This document shows, piece after piece, positions 41,374-50,438 of a stretch of 64,000 nucleotides of DNA. Each line of letters opens with the position of its first letter. Position 1 is the first letter of the stretch. The position numbers and the translations under genes are program-made. The stretch comes from a bacterium (GTDB lineage: Bacteria; Zhuqueibacterota; Zhuqueibacteria; Residuimicrobiales; Krinioviventaceae): positions 1,600,001 through 1,664,000 of the forward strand of contig OY843751.1 in NCBI GenBank assembly GCA_963693055.1. Reading direction: 5' to 3'. Below the pieces are notes generated by a model. That model saw only the letters and a list, made by a program, of their open reading frames with translations. It was not told where the DNA came from and searched no databases.

Positions 41374-42282
41374 TCACGATTCCACCGACTCGATAAACTT
41401 TTCAATCTCTGCTTTATACGTCTCTCTGCGTTCCAGAAATCCATAATGCACACACTCGTTGAGAAAAACGATTCTCGAGTTTTTGTACACCTTTTGTGCT
41501 TCATAGGCGGTGCCGTCTCCTAACAGGTCCTGTCTGCCCTGAATGATCAATACCGGTTTTTCAAAGTTTTTCAGTTTTTCTCTGCAATTGTATTGGATCT
41601 TGTACATATCCTTGTATACCAGGCTGGTGATCTCTTTATTGCCTTCGGTGAGACGTTTGGCAATCATGGGGACATATTCTTTATGATACACATACGCCGG
41701 GGCCAGGTTCTTTGCCCATTCGATCTGCGCGGTGTAGGTGGTATCACCCTGTTTGATTCGATCGTTCCAGTATTTGAGTGAATCTATTTGTCCCTGACTC
41801 AGACGGATATTTTTATTGGCATTGAAATATTTCAAAATACCCATATCAATTCCACCGGAACTGGAGAGTACCAGGCCCTTTATGTTTTCAGGATAAAGTG
41901 TGGCATAATGCTGAGAGAGCCAGCCACCAAATGAATGACCCAGAAGTACCCATTTGTTGATCTTTAGATGTTTGCGCAAGGTCTCCATATCCTGTGCCAT
42001 AAGATCGAGTGTGACCGTTGTGCTGTCGGTTTTATCGAGTGTGGACCCACCGGTACCGCGTTGATCAAATAGAATGGTTTGGTAATGGTCAGCAAACAAT
42101 TCGGCAACGGATTCAAATCCATTGCAGTTTAATCCGGGACCGCCATTCACAATCAGCAGCGGTTCACCACTGCCATAGGTGATATAATGGAGTGTACCTT
42201 GTTGAGTTTTAATGTAACCGTCATTGCCGGCAAAAGAAATGGAAACCAGTAACAGTACAAATAGTATTTGTGTTTTCATCAT
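41374..42282 (-). CDS. Secreted alpha/beta hydrolase (proline iminopeptidase-like)
   Basis: NGGPG, FDQRGTG, GHSFGG, QGRQD motifs and a C-terminal His. Confidence 0.9.
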   Translation of the reverse strand: MMKTQILFVLLLVSISFAGNDGYIKTQQGTLHYITYGSGEPLLIVNGGPGLNCNGFESVAELFADHYQTILFDQRGTGGSTLDKTDSTTVTLDLMAQDMETLRKHLKINKWVLLGHSFGGWLSQHYATLYPENIKGLVLSSSGGIDMGILKYFNANKNIRLSQGQIDSLKYWNDRIKQGDTTYTAQIEWAKNLAPAYVYHKEYVPMIAKRLTEGNKEITSLVYKDMYKIQYNCREKLKNFEKPVLIIQGRQDLLGDGTAYEAQKVYKNSRIVFLNECVHYGFLERRETYKAEIEKFIESVES

Positions 42283-42301
42283 CTTTTCTTTTCCTATTGT
42301 G

Positions 42302-42793
42302 TTATGAATGGGTTTGACAAATCATTATAAAATCGTTTTCATTTTCTGACACAATGCTAAATCCATTTTGTTTATAAAACTGAACAGCGCGATTGCGCTT
42401 GTCTACGCTCAGAGAGACATTGCCAATACCCAGATCGGTATAATGTTGTAACAAAGATTTCAAGAGTTGGGTGCCTATACCTTTATTGCGATATTCGGGC
42501 AGTATAGCCATGGCGATTTCGGGCGTTTGGGGATTAATGTACCCGTATCCCGTATCGGGCGGCTGATAGGTTCTTGCCCAGATTAAACCGATGCGGGTTT
42601 TGTTGTGCTCTGCAACAATGGCTGCATCATGCTCTCGGCCCCAATTTTGAATATATCTCGAGATTTCCGGATACGTTAACACTGAACGATGGACAGGAGG
42701 TTGATCGTCTGGAACAAATATAGCCAGGAACATCATGTCCGCAAGAAACTTGTAATCCAGATTTGTTACAGGATAGTATAGAGTGTTATCCAA
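42302..42793 (-). CDS. GNAT acetyltransferase
   Basis: GYGYI..TPEIAMAILPEYRNKGIG and SLSVDKRN.A..FY..GF motifs. Confidence 0.9.
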   Translation of the reverse strand: MDNTLYYPVTNLDYKFLADMMFLAIFVPDDQPPVHRSVLTYPEISRYIQNWGREHDAAIVAEHNKTRIGLIWARTYQPPDTGYGYINPQTPEIAMAILPEYRNKGIGTQLLKSLLQHYTDLGIGNVSLSVDKRNRAVQFYKQNGFSIVSENENDFIMICQTHS

Positions 42794-42810
42794 AGTACTT
42801 CCTTTTCGCT

Positions 42811-43245
42811 TTATGCCCGGGTCAGTTCTACCGCCCAGGATGATATTTTTTGATCACCCTGCATCAGTGTTCCGCGGATGAGATATTTATACTCCTCTAA
42901 TTGTGTCATGAATTCGGTGCCGGAGAATTTTTTGTCTTTGGTTGAATGAATGGACAAGATAGAGTCCTGAACGATTATGAAATTACCAATCAATTCTCCC
43001 AAAGCGGGATTAACAGATTTCCATGTTGTATGATCTTTATCCTTTGGGATGGGTACAATCTCGTAACTGTTTTGGAATTCTACCGGTTCCTCATATAATA
43101 CACGCATATAGCCGTTGATAATCCATTTGTCAGTCAAATGTTCAACAATTGTTCTGCTGGACAGAGGGGTGCTGTTCCCGTTTTGATCGATATAGTACCC
43201 TGTTGCCTGCCATTCACCCGGTTGTAGTAAAAAGGTGTGTTTCAT
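42811..43245 (-). CDS. Hypothetical beta-rich protein
   Basis: GAGGGG RBS; MKHTFLLQPGEW start, NPALG and SSWAVEL motifs. Confidence 0.75.
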   Translation of the reverse strand: MKHTFLLQPGEWQATGYYIDQNGNSTPLSSRTIVEHLTDKWIINGYMRVLYEEPVEFQNSYEIVPIPKDKDHTTWKSVNPALGELIGNFIIVQDSILSIHSTKDKKFSGTEFMTQLEEYKYLIRGTLMQGDQKISSWAVELTRA

Positions 43246-43442
43246 GTTTTGCCCCTCGTCATTTGGATTTTGTATAGCCAAATAAAAAGTGCGATGTTTT
43301 ACTAACTTGAATTCAGTATTTACCGGTAATATGTTTTTTTGCTTTGGTGCGTATTATTGGATGGTATTATAATCGTTGATTTATACGTTGATGGGGTATT
43401 TTTGTTCCAACGTAGGGTTCTTTAGCAATTTAATGAACTCGG

Positions 43443-44204
43443 CTAATAAGACCATTCCCATTTCCAGTTTTTAAAATTAACTGAAAATGAAGGATTTGTT
43501 TCAAGTTGCGATGCTGTAGCATTGATTGCGCTGAACTCGAGTCTTGCTGTTACTCCGCTGGGCTGGTCTTCCGGTACCATGGATGAAAACGCATTTGTAA
43601 ACGTTTGATCATCAAAATGCAAAATGCCGATGCCATCAATTCGGTCCATTTCGATTTCAACGTTATGTTCGGTTGTGTCAGGAGTTATTGACACACGGAA
43701 TTGCCAGGTATTACCAGTCCATGTGTAGAGCTGGCCATAATTGATACTCCATGGATCGACCACCCACCTGAAAGCAACCGCGTATTCTGTCTTTGAACTG
43801 CTGCCGTCCCAGATGAACAGTCCTGCCTGAACGGCTTGACCATTCTTTTCCGAGTTGCTGCTTGAGGGAGTGTCATTCAGACTGAACACAAATGCGGCAT
43901 TGTGTGTAATGTTCATGGCTTTGACATCTGTTTTTGCATAATAATTGAGATTGTGGGCCTTGATGTTGCGGTTGTTTATGTTGACCTGAACAATTGAACG
44001 GTCATTGAGATGCCGGGTATAAATATCTGAGTATCTTACCGGCCCTGTATCGTAATCTCCCACGAGTGAATCTCCCAGGGTGGTTTGCCAGTATTGCATA
44101 TTTCTTCCGCTGATCCTGAAATACATGGATTCCGGTTCTGTGCTGTTTTTTTCGCAAGCTGTTATCAATGCGATAAATATCAATAATAATATAGTCTTTT
44201 TCAT
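43443..44204 (-). CDS. Hypothetical lipoprotein (possible ConA/beta-sandwich fold)
   Basis: ITAC lipobox followed by EKNSTEPE; Trp-rich beta strands. Confidence 0.75.
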   Translation of the reverse strand: MKKTILLLIFIALITACEKNSTEPESMYFRISGRNMQYWQTTLGDSLVGDYDTGPVRYSDIYTRHLNDRSIVQVNINNRNIKAHNLNYYAKTDVKAMNITHNAAFVFSLNDTPSSSNSEKNGQAVQAGLFIWDGSSSKTEYAVAFRWVVDPWSINYGQLYTWTGNTWQFRVSITPDTTEHNVEIEMDRIDGIGILHFDDQTFTNAFSSMVPEDQPSGVTARLEFSAINATASQLETNPSFSVNFKNWKWEWSY

Positions 44205-44241
44205 GGTCTTTTCTGATTAAATTTAAATATGTGAAAAGGTA

Positions 44242-44257
44242 TGCAATTCTTTTGCCA
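44242..44257 (-). promoter_or_regulatory. Putative sigma54 (-24/-12) promoter
   Basis: TGGCAAAAGAATTGCA (GG-N10-GC), 37 nt upstream of ATG 44204. Confidence 0.55.
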
Positions 44258-44301
44258 GAGATGAAAGATTGCCGGAATATCATCATATTCCGACAATTGA
44301 T

Positions 44302-47052
44302 TTATTTAACAAGGGTAGTTTTGTATCTTTTAATTATATTGTCAGCTCTGAATTCAATGATATAAATACCAGTAGCAACCGGTAGGTTGTGAAAATCGGT
44401 TCCCTGCCAGTTGATCTGATAATATCCAGCGGGGTGTTCACGGTCAACCAGTGTTGCTATTTTTTTACCCAGCAGGTTGAATACACTGATATTGACATTT
44501 GCCCGGTTGGCGATTTGATACCTGATCAGTGTAGATGCATTAAAGGGATTGGGATAGTTTTGGGACATATAGTGTTTATCCGGTCCCGCTGTTTGAATAT
44601 GAATGGGGGTGGTGTATGCGAAAGATCCATCATGATCTATGACCTTTAATCGATATGTATGTTCACCAGCGCCGGGATTATTTTCTGTAAAGGAATACGC
44701 TTGTCTTTCTTGCTGAGAATTGAGCGGCACAAATCCCAATACCTGGTATGCATTTCCTGATTTTTTCTCTATCTCGAACCCATAGCCATGCAAAGTGTGC
44801 TGAACTGACCAATTCAGGGTAATAGCATTGTTTTCATAACTGCCTGAAAATGACAGCAACTGCACAGGCACAGGATAAGAGTCAAGATCATTGATCCAAT
44901 CTGCAATGACTTGAGCGGCCTGTTCATCCACAAGACTGGTGGCTATGGGAGGCATGCGGTTTTCATTCAGGGCCATCATGCGCAAGTAAAGAATAGATTC
45001 CTCCGGACTGCCGGGTTTAACTCTGGCCGCATTGGCGGCACCTAAATCACCAAAGTCTGGTATTTCATCAACAAGCATCATTTCTTCGAGACTGGTTGCA
45101 AAGCGAAGGTCCATGTTTGAACGTCCGCTGCTGTTGGGTTGATGACAAAACGCGCAATTGGCATCAAGATAAGAACGGGCACGGTCAGAGATATCCTGTG
45201 TTTCATCATTTACATCAACCCGTTGGGGCCAGTTTGAATAATCCTCTCCAATATCCTCAGTAAAAAGATTAATATGGTTGAGTGTACGGAGTTGGTTGTC
45301 TGTGACCTCACCATAATCGTGGTTTTTGTTAAGCTGGCTGGTTTTAAATCCCAATACATAGCCCGATTCCGGCACATGGCAGGTTAAACATTCGTTGCGG
45401 GAAGGATAGTGGTAAACCTGATCGTATTGTCCGCCGGGTGCGTCACTGTCTGTAATTGTAAATGTAACATCCTTGGCATCTGTCAGCAAGTTTGCTTCGG
45501 TCCCGGCCTGGTTCCATTCGTAACTGAATCCATCCCATAGTTCACCGTAGGGACGTTTAACCAGAAACCGGGTTTCTATTAAACGACGGCTTGCTGAATT
45601 GCCTTTTTCCATTTCCAAACTAAAGTTTTTCACCAAAACTGTACCCGCGGGATAATCAAAGGGGTTTTCTTGAGAGAATGTGAGCTGCTCGGTTCCGGGG
45701 AGAGCAATATACCGGTCCTTGTATGCATTGTCTGACCAGAGCTGCGTATTCACAGAATAGGGGATAATTCCCGGTGCAATTGTTTTTGTATTCATGTTTG
45801 AATAAAAACCTGATGTGGATATAATTGAAGGCACATCGCCAGGAGGAGGAGAATCCTGGCGGGCGATGACTTTATAAATATTGCCATTATAGCCTACAAT
45901 ATACAATTCCCCGGATTCATCTTCTCCAAAGCTGGTGATGTGAGCAGGACTGGTTAATACCTGGTTTGAGGACAAGACATCTCGTCCATCGTAATCATAT
46001 TTCAGGGCCCATATTCTGCGGGATACATAATCGCCAAAGATGTAAAATCCATCCAGTTGGGGGAGAGATGTACCACGATATACATACCCACCGGTGACGG
46101 ATTCGCCAAGTGCGTGACTGTATTCAAAAACCGGTGTGTTGAATTCCCATGGATTACAACCTGACTGGTAGCAGTGTAGGCCTTCTGTAATGTTCCAGCC
46201 AAGATTGTTGCCCTTGCCTATAATATCAATTTCTTCCCAACTGTTTTGCCCAACGTCACCACACCAAAGCTTTCCGTTTGTCCGGTCAAAGCTAAAACGC
46301 CAGGGATTCCGTAATCCCCAGGCATAAATCTCTTTACGAAAAGCATTATCACCCACTAGCGGATTGTCCGGTGGAATGGCGTATTCCAGACCTTCATCTT
46401 TATTATCAACATCAATACGCAGTATGCTTCCCAGTAGGGTATAGCGGTCCTGGGCGTTACCCCAGGGATCACCCGCGCTGCCGCCGTCACCAAGGCCGAT
46501 GTAGAGATAGCCATCAGACCCAAACTCGATCATACCGCCATTGTGATTTGTGGCAGGCTGTTCCAGTGCAATCAGGATACGCTCAGAGTTTGGATCTGCA
46601 ATGTTGGGATCAGAAGAAACCTGAAACTCTGAAATTCTTGTGCTGCGTGTTGTAGGATTGTAATGTACATAAAATAAACCGTTTTGCTCAAAGTTGGGAT
46701 GAAAGGCCAGCCCCAGCAGACCGGTTTCGCTGCTGCTGGATGCTACTTTGTTCCGAAGGTCAATGAACCTTGTGAATTCTGAGGTGAGGGAGGCGTTATT
46801 GAAAACTTTGACTAGCCCGGGTTTTTCCACAACAAAAATTCGGTCTGTGCCATCATGCGAATGCGTAAGATAAATAGGCGAAGAAAAATTAAGATTTGTA
46901 AACACCTGTTCAAGGTCAAGATCGCCAACCTCATCACCCGTGGAGGTAATGAGCAGGGAGGTGTTGGGTGTGCGCTCGTTAATACCATATGGTTGTGAAA
47001 ACGTAACAGTGACTGTTAACAATATATAAAGTATACTTTTTGTGATATACAT
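44302..47052 (-). CDS. PQQ-dependent sugar dehydrogenase fused to a diheme cytochrome c domain and a C-terminal sorting domain
   Basis: GLLGLAFHP, NHNGG, GLRNPWRFSFD and SVTGGYVYRG motifs; CLTCH and CAFCH; RMPP; NYPNPFN. Confidence 0.9.
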   Translation of the reverse strand: MYITKSILYILLTVTVTFSQPYGINERTPNTSLLITSTGDEVGDLDLEQVFTNLNFSSPIYLTHSHDGTDRIFVVEKPGLVKVFNNASLTSEFTRFIDLRNKVASSSSETGLLGLAFHPNFEQNGLFYVHYNPTTRSTRISEFQVSSDPNIADPNSERILIALEQPATNHNGGMIEFGSDGYLYIGLGDGGSAGDPWGNAQDRYTLLGSILRIDVDNKDEGLEYAIPPDNPLVGDNAFRKEIYAWGLRNPWRFSFDRTNGKLWCGDVGQNSWEEIDIIGKGNNLGWNITEGLHCYQSGCNPWEFNTPVFEYSHALGESVTGGYVYRGTSLPQLDGFYIFGDYVSRRIWALKYDYDGRDVLSSNQVLTSPAHITSFGEDESGELYIVGYNGNIYKVIARQDSPPPGDVPSIISTSGFYSNMNTKTIAPGIIPYSVNTQLWSDNAYKDRYIALPGTEQLTFSQENPFDYPAGTVLVKNFSLEMEKGNSASRRLIETRFLVKRPYGELWDGFSYEWNQAGTEANLLTDAKDVTFTITDSDAPGGQYDQVYHYPSRNECLTCHVPESGYVLGFKTSQLNKNHDYGEVTDNQLRTLNHINLFTEDIGEDYSNWPQRVDVNDETQDISDRARSYLDANCAFCHQPNSSGRSNMDLRFATSLEEMMLVDEIPDFGDLGAANAARVKPGSPEESILYLRMMALNENRMPPIATSLVDEQAAQVIADWINDLDSYPVPVQLLSFSGSYENNAITLNWSVQHTLHGYGFEIEKKSGNAYQVLGFVPLNSQQERQAYSFTENNPGAGEHTYRLKVIDHDGSFAYTTPIHIQTAGPDKHYMSQNYPNPFNASTLIRYQIANRANVNISVFNLLGKKIATLVDREHPAGYYQINWQGTDFHNLPVATGIYIIEFRADNIIKRYKTTLVK

Positions 47053-47471
47053 AGATTTACCCCTTAATTGTTTCTTTTTTCAATGTAAAAGAATCGTAGC
47101 AATGAAGCAAGGGAATTCATAATGAATAAGTATTGCAAGGCCATAATGCGGTAATTTGTCCCTATTGGGAAACATTTACCACCTTAAAACTGTGCCAAAA
47201 AATAAATTTTTGAGCATTTTTTTTAGTGAATAAAATATTTTTTCCCCCTGTTTTTAGAATAATTATTGGTTACGTGAATGTACAATGGATAAACGGTGCT
47301 TGATTGTTATTATTTACGGATTTTTAGTGATTTATTGCGTTTATTGTGGGATTTATTGGGAGGAGCTTCTATAGTTTTTTACGATATCTTGAAGTTGCAA
47401 TGGGATTGAATTTTTTGGTCTGATTTGCCATATACGGGCATTTGAGTTGCGATAGTAAAAGTAGATTTGAA

Positions 47472-47770
47472 ATTAAAAACTCCCTTTATCGGGAGTGCTC
47501 ATTGACAACAACAACAACAGTAACCCAATAAAACAGTTGACTGTGAATCAATCGCCGGACGGCAAGAGGATTTTTTTTTCTTTGCATAGTTGTACTTTTG
47601 TATAGATATATTTTGTGTGGATTCATTATGTTTCAGGTGATTTGAATATTATATGATGTGATTGATGATTTGGTGGTATTCTCTTGACCGTCCAGCGTCG
47701 ATTCCGGAAGACTGTTTAGAATCACTCCCCCTCCATACGGCCGCAAGGCCTGCAATGTGCTACGCGAATT
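47472..47770 (-). ncRNA. Putative structured ncRNA A (~300 nt)
   Basis: TTGACT-19-TATAAT on minus (47806-47776); long stem 47531-47568/47681-47717 with minus-strand G-U pairs; terminator ACTCCC/GGGAGT plus T-run at 47475-47496. Confidence 0.45.
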
Positions 47771-47892
47771 GGATGATTATATGAGATATGCCGTGCAACG
47801 AGTCAATTGCAGGCCTTGTGGTTGTTCTTGTTTTACAGTACCAAGTTACCCTTACCCAAAAAAAGCCCCGTTTCATGCCGGGGCTTTTTTTT
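47720..47892 (+). ncRNA. Putative structured ncRNA B (~170 nt), partly antisense to RNA A
   Basis: 18-bp stem 47739-47756/47806-47823 with plus-strand G-U pairs; CTCCCCCTCC and TTACCCTTACCC tracts; terminator 47858-47892; promoter match is weak. Confidence 0.4.
47858..47892. terminator. Bidirectional intrinsic terminator
   Basis: A7-GCCCCG-loop-CGGGGC-T8. Confidence 0.88.
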
Positions 47893-47893
47893 A

Positions 47894-48640
47894 TTAGAGC
47901 TTTTTAACAACATAAAAAACATTGCTGTAATATTTTGAGTATTTTTTATAGATCTCAATTTCTCTTTCTTCCATTTTCAATACTTGCAAAACATCATTGT
48001 TATTTTGATATTTTTTATACATGTATTGAATTCGCTCTTTTAGCGGATTATAATAACCATCCCACCAGTCTGAAGGAGGTTCAATATGATAAGAAATTGG
48101 ATCATAACCCAATGACTTGAATGTTTCCAGATTGTTTTCAATGCTGGTCATTGGCGGATATATCTCTTGAAAGTACTCTTGCAATTCGTCAGGTATGTCT
48201 TGACGAATCCAGGAAAGTTCCGAAACTGCCATAAAACCACCGGGTTTTAACAAGCGTTTCCATTCCTGCAATCCCTTTTCAAATCCAATAATAAAGATTG
48301 CACCTTCAACCCACAGTACATCAAACGATTCGTCAGGATATTCCAACTTGCACATGTCACCTTTTTGGATGACGATTCTTTTTTCTAAACCTTTTTCCAT
48401 TACAGCTGTTTGTAACTGGTCAAGAAAAGGTTGGTGAAAATCCAATGCGGTAATGTGTCCGTTGCAAAGAGAGGCCAGGGTTATGGTTTGTTGACCCGGA
48501 CCGCAGCCAATATCCAGTATTTTGGCGTTGTCAATATTAACGGATTGCCATGCTTTGGTTGTTGATTGTACACTACCGGGACCTTGTCTCGGCATGTTTG
48601 AATGGGTTTCCAGAAAATATTGCCATTGTTTTTCGTCCAT
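47894..48640 (-). CDS. Class I SAM-dependent methyltransferase
   Basis: PRQGPGS, ILDIGCGPG, FDVLWVEG and LKPGG motifs. Confidence 0.92.
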   Translation of the reverse strand: MDEKQWQYFLETHSNMPRQGPGSVQSTTKAWQSVNIDNAKILDIGCGPGQQTITLASLCNGHITALDFHQPFLDQLQTAVMEKGLEKRIVIQKGDMCKLEYPDESFDVLWVEGAIFIIGFEKGLQEWKRLLKPGGFMAVSELSWIRQDIPDELQEYFQEIYPPMTSIENNLETFKSLGYDPISYHIEPPSDWWDGYYNPLKERIQYMYKKYQNNNDVLQVLKMEEREIEIYKKYSKYYSNVFYVVKKL

Positions 48641-48782
48641 TATAATTGTCCTTTATACTCGTAAATCATCAATTTGGGATTTATTTCGTGATCGAGCTTA
48701 ACCATCCCAATTCCTGATGACCGGGATGGTATTACAGGACAATAACCAAAGTATTCGTCAAAGTGTACATACATCCTTTCAG

Positions 48783-49250
48783 TTAAAAATAGATCTCATA
48801 AAATTGATAATTGGTTTTCTTCATACCCAAAGACTGATAAGTACTTTGGGCAATTTGATTTTCATGGTCAACATATAGACGCAATCCACGAACATTGGTT
48901 TCATTTTTGGCCAGATTTTCTGCTTTTTGATAAAGTGACGAGAAAACACCTTTTCTGCGCCATTGGGGATCAATATAAACACTTTGGATCCACCAGAACA
49001 GGCCATTACGCCAATCAGTCCATTCAAAGGTGATCATCAGGCTGCCAATAACGGCCCCTGCAGATTCAGCTATTAGATAGAATCCATAGTGCGGATTTTG
49101 CATCAATCCCAAAGCTCCCTGCTTCACTGTATCTTTATCGAGTTTTGTATCCTCGGTCTCACTTGCCATATTGACATTAAATTGTGCTATTGTTTCTGCA
49201 TCCTGGGGAACTCCCTTGCGAACTGTGATATCTGATGATTGTTGGGCCAT
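48783..49250 (-). CDS. GNAT acetyltransferase
   Basis: EWTDWRNGLFWWIQSVYI..RRKGVF and LYVDHEN motifs. Confidence 0.92.
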   Translation of the reverse strand: MAQQSSDITVRKGVPQDAETIAQFNVNMASETEDTKLDKDTVKQGALGLMQNPHYGFYLIAESAGAVIGSLMITFEWTDWRNGLFWWIQSVYIDPQWRRKGVFSSLYQKAENLAKNETNVRGLRLYVDHENQIAQSTYQSLGMKKTNYQFYEIYF

Positions 49251-49293
49251 TCGAATGTTCTTTCTATACTAACTGTTTCAGATTTTTTAATAT

Positions 49294-49650
49294 TTAGGTG
49301 TTGAGGAGTGCTGCAAATCCTGCCAATCCTGCAATGATTGCAAATACAATATAGATGGCAAAGATTACCAATGAGATGATCATCAGGATCTTCATAATAT
49401 TGAAAAAGCTGCCCTGTTTCTCAAGTGCAAGAGCCATAGCGTTTTCATCATTCTGATTTTGGAATGTACTGAAATAGTCTGCAGATTCGCGCAAGCGCAA
49501 TCCGGAAATTATCATAGGTACACCAATCAATGCACCAATGATAGATAAACATGTTAAACCACCATAAACGATATAAAACATGCCTACAAAACGCATATCT
49601 TTGATCATCCGGCCAACATTCTGTGTTTGAACCGGAGTTAAATTGTTCAT
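49294..49650 (-). CDS. DUF5362-like membrane protein
   Basis: MRFVGMF..YG.LTCLSIIGA.IGVP..G.RL..SA pattern. Confidence 0.75.
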   Translation of the reverse strand: MNNLTPVQTQNVGRMIKDMRFVGMFYIVYGGLTCLSIIGALIGVPMIISGLRLRESADYFSTFQNQNDENAMALALEKQGSFFNIMKILMIISLVIFAIYIVFAIIAGLAGFAALLNT

Positions 49651-49737
49651 AGTGGTGCCCTCCCTTGATTGAATTTTAAATACCCTTGGTATGGAAAGAT
49701 ATTAAAACCAAGCGAGTCAAACAAGATAAAATTCAAT

Positions 49738-50427
49738 TTAATTTTCTATTTCAAAAACCAGATTGTCAAAATAAACAATTGCATCTGCTTTTGTACACAA
49801 ACCTACTTTGCCAGAAGTAAAAGTGTTGTCAGTAAAGTCGATAAATTTTTTATTATCAAACCAGCATCGTATACGGCCCTTTTCATGAATTACTTTTAAT
49901 CGCTCCCATTCATGAGGTTCAATTTTAGAAGCCCATACACTCTGTAGCAATCTTTTTTCTCCATTTTCTACCTTGTAAACTCGTAATCTTTCTTTTAGTG
50001 GATCAGAGAGACATGTATAGTAATTATTGGGATCCTGGTAATGCCACACGGGCCCACCAGCCTGTTCCTCCTGGCCGTCTACCATTTTCAGTTCCATTTC
50101 AATATCAACATCATTGAACCATGAATTCTCGAGAATGGCAAGATGGAAATGGTTTCCAAGGCTTTTTTTCCCAAGCTGTGCAATTACATTTTTATGTTTT
50201 TGGGCTATGGTGTCGGGTATTATTTGCCATGTGCCAATTTTACCATTTCCTGTTTTATGTATACTCCATTCCGGGGGTAGCCCGCCGGTTTTGTTTTGAT
50301 CAAAATTCAATTCTAATTCTTTGATGTTTGTTTTAACTATAGATTTTTCTATTTCATTCTTTTTACTGCAAACCCAACTGGTAGATAATAGGCATAGAGC
50401 AAGTATAATGGTTATTTTTTTATTCAT
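49738..50427 (-). CDS. Lipoprotein, DUF1080/LamG-like
   Basis: Signal peptide with Cys; GGPVWHYQDPNNYY, W..LKV and SGKVGL.TKAD..YFD motifs. Confidence 0.7.
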   Translation of the reverse strand: MNKKITIILALCLLSTSWVCSKKNEIEKSIVKTNIKELELNFDQNKTGGLPPEWSIHKTGNGKIGTWQIIPDTIAQKHKNVIAQLGKKSLGNHFHLAILENSWFNDVDIEMELKMVDGQEEQAGGPVWHYQDPNNYYTCLSDPLKERLRVYKVENGEKRLLQSVWASKIEPHEWERLKVIHEKGRIRCWFDNKKFIDFTDNTFTSGKVGLCTKADAIVYFDNLVFEIEN

Positions 50428-50438
50428 TATAATTCTTT

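Noticed and set aside
22428-43312. 14-bp repeat TTACTAACTTGAAT at 22428 and 43299
   Set aside because: Short and AT-rich with no mobile genes between the copies; likely chance
47531-47717. 6S RNA or tmRNA
   Set aside because: No terminal stem beyond the loop as in 6S, and no tRNA-like ends or tag ORF. A cmscan search is still needed.
47744-47818. Invertible promoter between 13-bp inverted repeats
   Set aside because: Only 49 bp lie between the repeats, no recombinase is nearby, and the G-U bias fits an RNA stem better; not strictly excluded
47472-47892. Retron, DRT or DGR interpretation of the structured gap
   Set aside because: No reverse transcriptase in the window and no matching variable repeat seen
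48701-48730. Hairpin containing CTGATGA (hammerhead or fluoride riboswitch core)
   Set aside because: No stem II with GAAA and no fluoride riboswitch 5' GGnGAUGG element; probably an ordinary hairpin
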